Source: an uncultured bacterium (GTDB taxonomy: Bacteria > Zixibacteria > MSB-5A5 > CAIYYT01). Taken from it: DNA of 64,000 nucleotides. The stretch spans positions 544,001-608,000 of the forward strand of contig CAVSCK010000005.1 of NCBI GenBank assembly GCA_963726455.1. Reading direction: 5' to 3'. A model generated the notes under the pieces. That model was not told where the DNA came from and made no database searches. It was given only the letters and a program-made list of their open reading frames with translations. How positions within the stretch are numbered: the stretch's first letter is position 1; every line of letters begins with the position of its first letter. Of this stretch, positions 49,873 through 59,163 are shown piece after piece. Both the position numbers and the translations under genes were made by a program.

Positions 49873-50657
49873 ACCGTTCGCCCTGAGCCAGTCGAAGGGC
49901 AAGAGGTGTCCGTTCATCCTTCGACAAGCTCAGGACGAACGGACATGGGGTGAACGGGTGGTCCTACGACTGCTCGACAAGTTCACGGTTCGCAGTTCAG
50001 GGCGTACAAGCTCAGGACGAACGTTATACGAGGAAAATAGGTGATGGCATTTTGGGTCTACATCCTTCGCTGCTCCGATGGCAGCTACTACACTGGTCAC
50101 ACCGACAATCTTGAAAGACGGATTAGCCAACACGCCACTGGCGCAATCGCAAGTTGCTACACTTTCAAGCGTCGACCGCTTGCGCTGGTCTTCTCACAGG
50201 AATTCCCGACGCGCGAGGAAGCTTTAGCCGCCGAACGACAAATCAAGGGATGGAGTCGCAAGAAGAAAGAAGCTATGATGCGCGGCGATTGGGCGGAAGT
50301 GTCGCGACTCGCCAAATCATCTCATACCGTTCGCCCTGAGCCAGTCGAAGGGCAAGAGGTGTCCGTTCATCCTTCGACAAGCTCAGGACGAACGGACTTG
50401 GGGTAAACGGAAGGTCTTACGACTGCTCGACAAGTTCACGGTTCGCAGTTCAGGGCGTACAAGCTCAGGACGAACGGATTTGGGGTGAACGGGTGGTCCT
50501 ACGACTGGGCGGAAGTGTCGCGACTCGCCAAATCATCTCATACCGTTCGCCCTGAGCCAGTCGAAGGGCAAGAGGCGTCCGTTCATCCTTCGACAAGTTC
50601 AGGGCGAACGGACTTGGGGTGAACGTGTGGTCCTTCGACTGCTCGACAAGTTCACGG
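49873..50657 (+). mobile_element. Putative repeat-bracketed GIY-YIG element (family E palindromes)
   Basis: 151-bp direct repeats 49873-50023 and 50326-50476, third copy 50542-50657; each starts with hairpin CCGTTCGCCCTGAGCCAGTCGAAGG...CCTTCGACAAGCTCAGGACGAACGG. Confidence 0.65.
50044..50406 (+). CDS. Small GIY-YIG nuclease (UPF0213/YhbQ-like)
   Basis: WVYILRCSDGSYYTGHTDNLERRISQH...ALAAERQIKGWSRKKK; C-terminal tail reads through the repeat. Confidence 0.92.
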   Translation: MAFWVYILRCSDGSYYTGHTDNLERRISQHATGAIASCYTFKRRPLALVFSQEFPTREEALAAERQIKGWSRKKKEAMMRGDWAEVSRLAKSSHTVRPEPVEGQEVSVHPSTSSGRTDLG

Positions 50658-50807
50658 CACGAGAAACCCGACATTGTCTGCACGCGTAAGGAGGGGCACC
50701 GCCAATTACCTCTTGAATTCCTCTGGATTCCTCGTAGCTTTACCGGCACAACACCGAGTTACATCAGCATTTGATCTCCGTCAGGCATCGTTCAGAAAGG
50801 AGACAGT

Positions 50808-51515
50808 ATGATCAGAGCCGTCGCGATTAACGGAAGTCCGCATAAACAAAACGGGAATACGGGAACTCTTCTGACGCCCTTGTTGCAAGGGCTGAAGAAC
50901 GCGGGATGCGAGGTCGATTTGTTTTATGCCAGAGACCTCAAAGTGCGGTCGTGCAATTGCCTCGATATGTACTGCTGGTACAACCGACCCGGAAGTTGTT
51001 GCATCAACGATGACATGGAGGAGTTGTATCCGAAGCTAAGGAGTGCCGACATATTGGTTTTGGCGACACCAGTGCACGTTCCGTTGCCCGGCGAAATGCA
51101 GAGCGTCATTAACAGACTATGTCCTCTGCTTGAACCCATGCTTGAGACACGTAACGGTCGCACCCGTGCCAGGTTTCGAAAAGATGTAAAGATCAAGAAA
51201 ATCCTGCCGGTGGTGACATCGGGATGGTGGGAACGGGAAAATTGCGATACCGTGATCAGGATCGTTAAGGAACTTGCCGCCGATGCTGGGGCGGAATTTG
51301 CGGGTCCCGTGGTCAGACCCCATGCCGATGTAATGCGGAGAGATGGCAAGGTCACGGATGATGGAAGATCAGTCCTTGAAGCGGCAAGGAAAGCAGGCGA
51401 TGAACTGATTCGCAGCGGAGAAATCAGTCTAGCCACGCTTGACGCCGTCAGCCGTCCGTTGATACCTGAGGAAGCACTCCGCGGGATCTTCAACTCGCTG
51501 CTGGTGCAGCAATAG
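50808..51515 (+). CDS. Flavodoxin-family / iron-sulfur flavoprotein (FMN reductase-like)
   Basis: AINGSPHK.NGNT, C.C..MYC.....SCCINDDM, ADILVLATPV. Confidence 0.85.
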   Translation: MIRAVAINGSPHKQNGNTGTLLTPLLQGLKNAGCEVDLFYARDLKVRSCNCLDMYCWYNRPGSCCINDDMEELYPKLRSADILVLATPVHVPLPGEMQSVINRLCPLLEPMLETRNGRTRARFRKDVKIKKILPVVTSGWWERENCDTVIRIVKELAADAGAEFAGPVVRPHADVMRRDGKVTDDGRSVLEAARKAGDELIRSGEISLATLDAVSRPLIPEEALRGIFNSLLVQQ

Positions 51516-51609
51516 TCTGCGCTGTCAATCGCGAGATTTGACTTGACGGTGGGACGGGAACGCGGTATTTATAGTCCGTAATTTAGTATCAGGAAACGAG
51601 GAGGGGATT

Positions 51610-52929
51610 ATGTCCCGTGGTTTGATGCTGGTATCGGCAGTTGTTTTGGCGATTCTGCTGGCGGGCGTCACTCTGGCGCAGGAGAAGCGCGTGCATGTGA
51701 CGACTTACGATATTGCGGCGAGCCTCGAAATAGCGCAGAATGTCGTGCAGGTCAAGGCGGGCGTGGGAGTCCAGAATGACCAGGGCGTGAGCGAATTCGT
51801 GCTGCTGTTGTCATCACGGGCGAAGCTGCAAACAGTCTCGGCAGTAGAAGGCAAGAAGAATACAAACGTCGTCTCCGCTCCCGTTGGCAGGGATTCTCTG
51901 AAGATCACAATTCCCCCGGAGTTGGTGTCAAAGAAGAAACTGAAACTGGTGTTTGATTATACCTATCCTATCGACATGACCACGGACAGTCTGATGTTGC
52001 TGGATCGGGGAAGTCGGTGGTATCCGCTGATCACCGACGATGTCGCCAACGCCAAGGTTCGATTTGCGGTGCCGCTTGAATTTCAGGTGTTCGGCGCAGG
52101 TGATCTGGTTGAACACACGACTGAAGGAACCCAGGCGGTATTCACATACGAAAGCCGGTTTCCGATGATGAAGGTGGCGCTGATGATTGCCAAGGCGGGA
52201 ATGTATCATGAGTTTAAGTGCAATGTCAGTGGCAAGCAGATAGCCCTGTATTCATATTCAGATGATTCTCTCAAGATGCGGCCGGTAGCGGCAGAGGCGT
52301 GCAGTGCTTTCGCATTCTTTGAAGAGCGGCTGGGAGAATATCAGCATCACTGCCTGACGTTGGTGGAGATCAAGGGCATGCCGGGAATGAATATCGGCAC
52401 GGGCCTGGTCGAAGTTGGATCGGAGATGCTGGACCAGTTCGCGCGCGGGAACTTTGACGGGCTTGATCTCGTGGTGGCCAATCAGTGGTTCGGCGCGGCG
52501 GTTTATGGCCAGTTTATGGCACGGGGTTTCTGGTTCTTGCAGTTGTCGCTGCCACATTATATACGGCTGCTTTACGTGCGCGACACGAAAGGTGAGGCGG
52601 CATTCGATACGTCGCTCGCCCAGGGAACAAACGCCTACCGCAAAGTTGCGGGCAGCGCCGGCGACGTCGCGATTATCGACGTTGTTTATCCGGATACTGA
52701 AGAAAAGGGGAAGGTGATATACGGGAAGGGGCCGTACGTGCTGGATAAACTGTGTGGTCAAATGAGCGAGCATGAATTCTGGAATTTCTGCAAAGAGATG
52801 TTCGATACCTATCGTGGAAAGATCATGACCTATGATGATTTCAACAAGACGCTCGGAAAGTACGATAAGGACGGCAAGTTGGCGACGGGATTCGAGAAGT
52901 TGCTGACCGAAACAGGGATGCCGGAATAG
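51610..52929 (+). CDS. Secreted M1-aminopeptidase-like protein lacking zinc ligands
   Basis: RWYP, VVANQWFG, WFLQLSLPHY, IYGKGPYVL. Confidence 0.7.
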   Translation: MSRGLMLVSAVVLAILLAGVTLAQEKRVHVTTYDIAASLEIAQNVVQVKAGVGVQNDQGVSEFVLLLSSRAKLQTVSAVEGKKNTNVVSAPVGRDSLKITIPPELVSKKKLKLVFDYTYPIDMTTDSLMLLDRGSRWYPLITDDVANAKVRFAVPLEFQVFGAGDLVEHTTEGTQAVFTYESRFPMMKVALMIAKAGMYHEFKCNVSGKQIALYSYSDDSLKMRPVAAEACSAFAFFEERLGEYQHHCLTLVEIKGMPGMNIGTGLVEVGSEMLDQFARGNFDGLDLVVANQWFGAAVYGQFMARGFWFLQLSLPHYIRLLYVRDTKGEAAFDTSLAQGTNAYRKVAGSAGDVAIIDVVYPDTEEKGKVIYGKGPYVLDKLCGQMSEHEFWNFCKEMFDTYRGKIMTYDDFNKTLGKYDKDGKLATGFEKLLTETGMPE

Positions 52930-52983
52930 GATCGCACGAAGAGTGACCGCAAGTTGCGAAAACATACATACTAATGGAGGCAA

Positions 52984-53565
52984 GTGATGCCAAATAGAAT
53001 AATGAAAGTGGCCAGGGGCTATGATCCCAGAACGCAGGCCAAGATCGGTCTGTTCGCGGCGCAGTTGGACGATCAAATGGCGAAACTCAAGAAGCAGGTT
53101 GGGTATTTGACGGTTGATCAACTGGAATGGCAATTGCGTCCCGGAATGAACACAGTCGGGATGATGCTGGCGCATCTGGCGGTAGTGGAAATCTGGTGGA
53201 TCAAGATCGCACCGAATAACATACCCTGGGAGACGACCGGGAAAGCGATGATTCTAAAATACTGCGGCGTGGAAGATGACGGCATGCCGTTGCCTCCGGA
53301 GGGAGTGCACCCGCCGTTCCTCAAGGGATTTACGATCGAGCAATATCTGGGAGTGCTCGCCAAGAGTCGGCGCGCAATACATACAGACATGAAGAAGTGG
53401 CGGGACAAGGATCTCGACAAGTCCTATAAGCTGGGGAAGAATCAGTACTCGCGCACCTGGACGCTGTATCACGTGCTGGAACATTTTGCGTCGCATTTTG
53501 GACAGATACTGGTGGTGAAGCATTTGATGCGCGATGCGGGCGTGTTGGTGGAAAAGGCAGACTGA
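52984..53565 (+). CDS. DinB/DUF664 family protein
   Basis: NTVGMMLAHLAVVE.WW, WTLYHVLEHFASHFGQI. Confidence 0.85.
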   Translation: MMPNRIMKVARGYDPRTQAKIGLFAAQLDDQMAKLKKQVGYLTVDQLEWQLRPGMNTVGMMLAHLAVVEIWWIKIAPNNIPWETTGKAMILKYCGVEDDGMPLPPEGVHPPFLKGFTIEQYLGVLAKSRRAIHTDMKKWRDKDLDKSYKLGKNQYSRTWTLYHVLEHFASHFGQILVVKHLMRDAGVLVEKAD

Positions 53566-53591
53566 GATTTTCTTTTTGCAATGACAGAACT

Positions 53592-53984
53592 CCCTCACCC
53601 CCAGCCCAACCGCCGTGTGCGGCAGAGTTCAGCCAGCAGGTTGAACATTCCTGTTTGACCGTTGCGCAATGGGTGTGTTCGCCTCGAAATTGGACAAGCA
53701 AGAATGCTTATCATTGGACAAGCAAGAATGCTTATCCTACCGACTCCGGTTGAGTGTGCCGATGAGACTCCCGCACCCCTGACCCCTCCGGACCCTGCGG
53801 TAGAGATCACCCAGTAGGTTGAACATTCCTGTTCGACCTTTCCGCGTATGGTGTGCCCGCCTCAAAATTGGACAAGCAAGAATGCTCATCATTGGACAAG
53901 CAAGAATGCTTATCCTACCGACTCCGGTTGAGTGTGCCGATGAGACTCCCTCACCCCCGGCCCCTCTCCCAAGGGGCGAGGGGA
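53592..53984. repeat. Two ~180-bp composite REP units (families A and B)
   Basis: G(C/T)AGGTTGAACATTCCTGTT.GACC...GGACAAGCAAGAATGCT twice...CCTAC, repeated; CCCTCACCCCCGGCCCCTCTCCC..GAGGGGAG. Confidence 0.9.
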
Positions 53985-54126
53985 GGAACCTTCGAGTAAT
54001 CACGAAATTGACTAAAAGGGTTGTGGTGTGGCTATCAACACGCCACAATTCCGGCGTATGCAACTTAGGGAAATGAGTCCAGATATTCCGTTCCAGGATC
54101 GATCACACTTTAAGGGAGTTATCAAT

Positions 54127-57100
54127 ATGAGTCTTCGTAAAGTAGGCGTCCGAATTGCGTGCGTCATGCTGGCCGTTGTTCTGGCGGTACAAGTTCAGGC
54201 GCAAGCGCAGTCGACATCTTTGGGGGCCGGCGAACCGCAGGGGTTCTTTCGGTATCCGGACCTTTATCAGGATAAGATCGTGTTCACCTCGGAAGGCGAC
54301 CTCTGGATTGCCTCGGCGAACGGCGGTACCGCCTCACGGTTGACAACTGCCGAAGGCGAAGAGACGTTTGCCAAGTTCTCTCCTGACGGCAAGATGATTG
54401 CCTTTACGGGCGAGTATGAAGGCAATGCGGATGTCTATGTCATGCCGGTAGCGGGTGGTGAACCAAGACGGTTGACGTATCATCCGCAGAGTGATCGGGT
54501 TGTCGGATGGACGCCGGACGGCAAGATTGTCTTCGCAACGTTGGCGGAATCGGGAAACAGGTTTACAAAACTGTATACGGTCTCTCCAACGGGTGGGTAT
54601 CGGGAAATACTGCCGCTGGACAAGGCGGCATCGTTGACATACGAGCCAAACGGCCAACGGGTGGCATTCACTCGGGCTTTTCTGGCGTTCCGGACCTGGA
54701 AGCGTTATCACGGCGGCTGGGCGGAACAGATCTGGGTCGGCAACTGGAGCACGCGTGAGTTTAAGAAGGTCACGACATACACCGGCAATAACCAGTTTCC
54801 GATGTGGATCGGTGATCGCATTTACTTTCTGTCCGACAGCACCGGCCGTGGAAATATCTGGTCGATGAAGCCGGATGGATCGGATCAGAAACAGATCACG
54901 TTTCACACTGATTATGACGTGCGCTTTCCGAGCAGCCGGGGAGACGAAATCGTTTATCAACTGGCGATGGATGTCTGGGTGCTGGACGTGGCGACCGGCA
55001 AGACCACCAAAGTCGATATTTCGTTACCGAGCGACCGCCTGCAAATGCGCGCGAAGTTTGTCGATGCCAAGACGAGTATCGACAGTTTCAGTCTATCGCC
55101 GGACGGCAATCGACTGCTAATTACGGCTAGAGGCGAGTTGTTTTCCGTGCCGACTCATAAGGAAGGGCTGACGCGTCGATTGAGCTTCACGCCGATCGCC
55201 CGAGAAAGAAGTGCGTTGTATTCGCCCGACGGCAAGAATGTGTTGGCGGTTTCAGACGCCAGTGGCGAGGAAGATTTCTGGCTTTACGATGCAACGGGCG
55301 CGACGCCGCCGGTGCAATTGACACATTTCAGCAAAGAATATCCGTACGATCCGGTCTGGTCGCCGGACGGCAAGTGGATCGCATACTCGGACAATAAGTG
55401 CTGGCTGAATCTGTTCAATGTCGCAGCCAGGACCTCAACAGTGATCGACAGCGGCGGTTCTGAAATCAGGCAATATACGTGGTCTCCTGACGGCAAGTAT
55501 CTGGCGTATGCGGCTGCCATTACGACGGGATTTATTTCGTACGGCGCGCCGGTGGCGAGCGGCTACAAAGTGATTGAGATTTATGACCTGACAACGAAAC
55601 AAAGTCACACCGTCACCGAATGGATGTACAACAGCACCTCCCCGCAGTGGGATCCGAACGGCAAGTATCTGTATTTCCTGCAGGATGCGACATTCAATCC
55701 GCGGCTGGATCATGTGGAAGCGCGGTTTATTTTTGACGAGCTGACCAAACCATATTTGCTGGTCTTAAGAGCAGGTGACGAGTCACCGTTCCTGGCCAAG
55801 CCGGATGGACTTGTTGCCGAAGAGAAGACCGAGGAAGTGGTGACAGGAAAGAAACCGGATAAAGCGAAGGGCAAAGCGGAGAAAGCCGACACCACAAAAG
55901 TGGTGGTTGATTTCGCGAATGTCATCAGCCGCAAGGTCGAAATTGATGTGCGGGCAGGAAATTACATGGCGCTACGGCCGATTGGGGACAAGCTGTATTA
56001 TTTGTCCAACAAAGATCGCGGAATGAAACCGGACGGGCCACCGCCGGAGGATGGGGAAAATTCGCTGCATCTGTATGATATGAAGGCAAAGAAAGATACG
56101 ATTGTGATCGACGGGATCAGTGGGTATGTGGTTTCAGGCGACAACGGCACGGTCGTGGTAAAGAAGGGGGAGCAGTTTATTCGGATGGATGCCGGCGGTG
56201 CAGCGCCTGCCGCCGAGGATAAGGACGCGATTGTCAGTCTGGATGATGTGACGCTCAATATCAATCCGCGCGATGAATTCAAGCAGATGTTTAACGAGGC
56301 CTGGCGGCTGGAACGGGATTTCTTCTACGATCCAAGTATGCATGGCATCGACTGGCTGGGTGTTAAGAAGCAGTACGGCAGTCTGATTGATCGCATTTCG
56401 ACGCGTGACGAACTCAATGACTTGATCGGTGAGTCCATCTCGGAACTTTCGGCGGGACATACCTATGTATGGGGTGGCGACGAACGCGTTGCCAAGCCGG
56501 TGTCAATCGGAATGCTGGGTGCAGACATGACTGTCTACGAGTCAAACGGCAAGTATCGAATCGAGCGGATACTGGCGCCGCATCCGGGAACGAAGGAACG
56601 GAGTTCGCCGTTGGCCGAGCCCGGCGTTCAGGTCAAAGCAGGTGACTATCTGCTCGCGATCGATAATCAACCGGTTGATGGCAGCATGAACTACGAACAG
56701 TATCTCGTTAATAAGGCAGACAAGCTGGTGCAACTGACGGTGAACGACAAGCCGACGCTGACCGGCGCTCGCCAGGTAATTGTCAAGCCGCTGGCGTCGG
56801 AGGATGAGCTTCGGTACGACGACTGGGTTGAGAATCGGCGAGCATACGTGGACAAAGCGTCCAACGGTAGACTAGGATACATCCATCTGTCGAACATGGA
56901 CGCCGACGGGTTGTCGGAATTCGGCTGGCAGTATCCGCCGCAATTCACCAAGGAAGGTTTGATCATAGACGTGCGCTATAACGGCGGCGGATTTGTCGCG
57001 GAAATGATTCTGTCGCACTTGGCGCGCAAGGTGTGGGCGTTCGGCCCGCCGGGACGATACGGCACCGTGCTGCCCTTTCCGACCGATGCGTTCTTCGGGT

Positions 57101-57477
57101 ACATGGCAGTGGTTTGTAACGGCGAAACCGGCTCGGATGGCGAGACGTTTACGGAAGGGACCAAGGCGCTCAATTTGGGACCTGTGATCGGCACCAGAAC
57201 CTGGGGGGGATGGGTCGGAATCAGATCGGATAAGCCCCTGGCTGATCGCGGCATGGTGACATTGCCAGAGCAGCCGGGATGGGGACTTAACGGCAAGTGG
57301 ATTGTCGAGGGCTGGGGGTCGGTGCCGGACATGGAAGTTGGCGAGGATCCGGGGGCGATGTTATCGGGAAAAGACGTGCAGTTGGATGCTGCAGTCAGCT
57401 ATCTCTTGAAGAAGATCACAAACGATCCGCGAGTCTACACGCCGAGACCGCCGTTCCCGGATCGCAGTATTAAGTAA
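54127..57477 (+). CDS. Tricorn protease homolog (S41)
   Basis: PD40-like propellers (FSPDG/WSPDG), PDZ, SAGHTY, IIDVRYNGGG, GSDGE catalytic Ser, IGTRTWGG. Confidence 0.93.
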   Translation: MSLRKVGVRIACVMLAVVLAVQVQAQAQSTSLGAGEPQGFFRYPDLYQDKIVFTSEGDLWIASANGGTASRLTTAEGEETFAKFSPDGKMIAFTGEYEGNADVYVMPVAGGEPRRLTYHPQSDRVVGWTPDGKIVFATLAESGNRFTKLYTVSPTGGYREILPLDKAASLTYEPNGQRVAFTRAFLAFRTWKRYHGGWAEQIWVGNWSTREFKKVTTYTGNNQFPMWIGDRIYFLSDSTGRGNIWSMKPDGSDQKQITFHTDYDVRFPSSRGDEIVYQLAMDVWVLDVATGKTTKVDISLPSDRLQMRAKFVDAKTSIDSFSLSPDGNRLLITARGELFSVPTHKEGLTRRLSFTPIARERSALYSPDGKNVLAVSDASGEEDFWLYDATGATPPVQLTHFSKEYPYDPVWSPDGKWIAYSDNKCWLNLFNVAARTSTVIDSGGSEIRQYTWSPDGKYLAYAAAITTGFISYGAPVASGYKVIEIYDLTTKQSHTVTEWMYNSTSPQWDPNGKYLYFLQDATFNPRLDHVEARFIFDELTKPYLLVLRAGDESPFLAKPDGLVAEEKTEEVVTGKKPDKAKGKAEKADTTKVVVDFANVISRKVEIDVRAGNYMALRPIGDKLYYLSNKDRGMKPDGPPPEDGENSLHLYDMKAKKDTIVIDGISGYVVSGDNGTVVVKKGEQFIRMDAGGAAPAAEDKDAIVSLDDVTLNINPRDEFKQMFNEAWRLERDFFYDPSMHGIDWLGVKKQYGSLIDRISTRDELNDLIGESISELSAGHTYVWGGDERVAKPVSIGMLGADMTVYESNGKYRIERILAPHPGTKERSSPLAEPGVQVKAGDYLLAIDNQPVDGSMNYEQYLVNKADKLVQLTVNDKPTLTGARQVIVKPLASEDELRYDDWVENRRAYVDKASNGRLGYIHLSNMDADGLSEFGWQYPPQFTKEGLIIDVRYNGGGFVAEMILSHLARKVWAFGPPGRYGTVLPFPTDAFFGYMAVVCNGETGSDGETFTEGTKALNLGPVIGTRTWGGWVGIRSDKPLADRGMVTLPEQPGWGLNGKWIVEGWGSVPDMEVGEDPGAMLSGKDVQLDAAVSYLLKKITNDPRVYTPRPPFPDRSIK

Positions 57478-57493
57478 CCGCCCGGAAGAATCG

Positions 57494-58866
57494 GTAGGAC
57501 GAACATCGCTGTTTGTCATTTGTGCGAAAGAGTCAGACAGGAATGTCTAACCGGTCGCAGCAGAGAGTCAGCAGGAAGCACCTACCCAGGTAACGTCTCG
57601 GTTTGGTAGGATAAACATTCTTGTTTGTCATTTGTGCAAGAGAGTCAGACAGGAATGTCTAACCCCGGAGTCAGACAGAAATGTCTAACCTACCCAGGTA
57701 ACGTCTCGGTTCGGTAGGATAAACATTCTTGTTTGTCATTTGTGCGAAAGAGTCAGACAGAAATGTCTAACCTACCCGGAGTCAGACAGGAATGTCTAAC
57801 CTACCCAGGTAACGTCTCGGTTCGCTTGGACAAACATTCTTGTTTGTCATTTGTGCAAGAGAGTCAGACAGAAATGTCTAGCCTACCCAGTCAGACAGGA
57901 ATGTCTAACCTACCCAGGTAACGTCTCGGTTCGGTAGGATAAACATTCTTGTTTGTCATTTGTGCGAAGAGTCAGGCAGGAGTGTCAACCTACCCGGTCA
58001 GACAGAATGTCTAACCTACCCGGAGTCAGACAGAAATGCTGCCTACCCAGACAGAAATGTCTAACCTACCCAGGTAACGTCTCGGTTCGGTAGGATAAAC
58101 ATTCTTGTTTGTCAATTGTGCGAAAGAGTCAGGCAGGAATGTCAAACCTACCCGGTCAGACAGGAATGTCTAACCTACCCAGTCAGACAGGAATGTCAAC
58201 CTACCCGGAGTCAGACAGAAATGTCTAGCCTACCCAGTCAGACAGGAATGTCTAACCTACCCGGGTGACGTCTCGGTTTGGTAGGATAAACATTCTTGTT
58301 TGTCATTTGTGCGAAAGAGTCAGACAGGAGTGTCAAACCTACCCGGTCAGACAGGAATGTCTAACCTACCCGGAGTCAGACAGAAATGTCTAGCCTACCC
58401 AGTCAGACAGGAATGTCTAACCTACCCGGGTGACGTCTCGGTTCGGTAGGATAAACATTCTTGTTTGTCAATTGTGCGAAAGAGTCAGGCAGGAGTGTCA
58501 AACCTACCCGGTCAGACAGGAATGTCTAACCTACCCGGAGTCAGACAGAAATGTCTAGCCTACCCAGTCAGACAGGAATGTCTAACCTACCCAGGTAACG
58601 TCTCGGTTTGGTAGGATACACATTCTTGTTTGTCATTTGTGCAAGAGAGTCAGACAGGAATGTCTAACCCCGGAGTCAGACAGGAATGTCTAGCCTACCC
58701 AGTCAGACAGGAATGTCTAGCCTACCCGGAGTCAGACAGGAATGTCTAGCCTACCCGGGTGACGTCTCGGTTTGGTAGGATAAACATTCTTGTTTGTCAT
58801 TTGTGCAAGAGAGTCAGACAGGAATGTCTAACCCCGGAGTCAGACAGAAATGTCTAACCTACCCGG
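57494..58866. repeat. Hierarchical BIME-like tandem array of GTAG-type palindromes (family A)
   Basis: 10 super-units: GTAGGATAAACATTCTTGTTTGTC + linker + 2-5 x GTCAGACAGRAATGTCTARCCTACCC + RGGTRACGTCTCGGTTYG. Confidence 0.95.
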
Positions 58867-59163
58867 CACATAGCTCCCGCCCTTTGTGCTCTGACAAATA
58901 TAAAAGCAGTTGTGATTGAATCGTGCTCGGTCTAACTTGGTGGCATTGAAGATCGAATAATCTGACTTCGGAGTGCCATTCAAGGCTATGGTCTGTGCTC
59001 GACGAATCCAGTGTGGCAAGCGCCTACCTTCCATCATGGAAAGGCATGGCCATAATGGTGAGTTGCGGGCGTCGACGGCGACTGCAGAATCCAACCGTGG
59101 CAGCGTTGGAGTTTCGTCGGCATTGCCGGTTACACGCTCTGGTGACAGGAAGGAACGACAGCT

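Noticed and set aside
57494-58866. CRISPR array
   Set aside because: Units abut or are joined by constant linkers; there are no unique spacers and no cas genes in the window.
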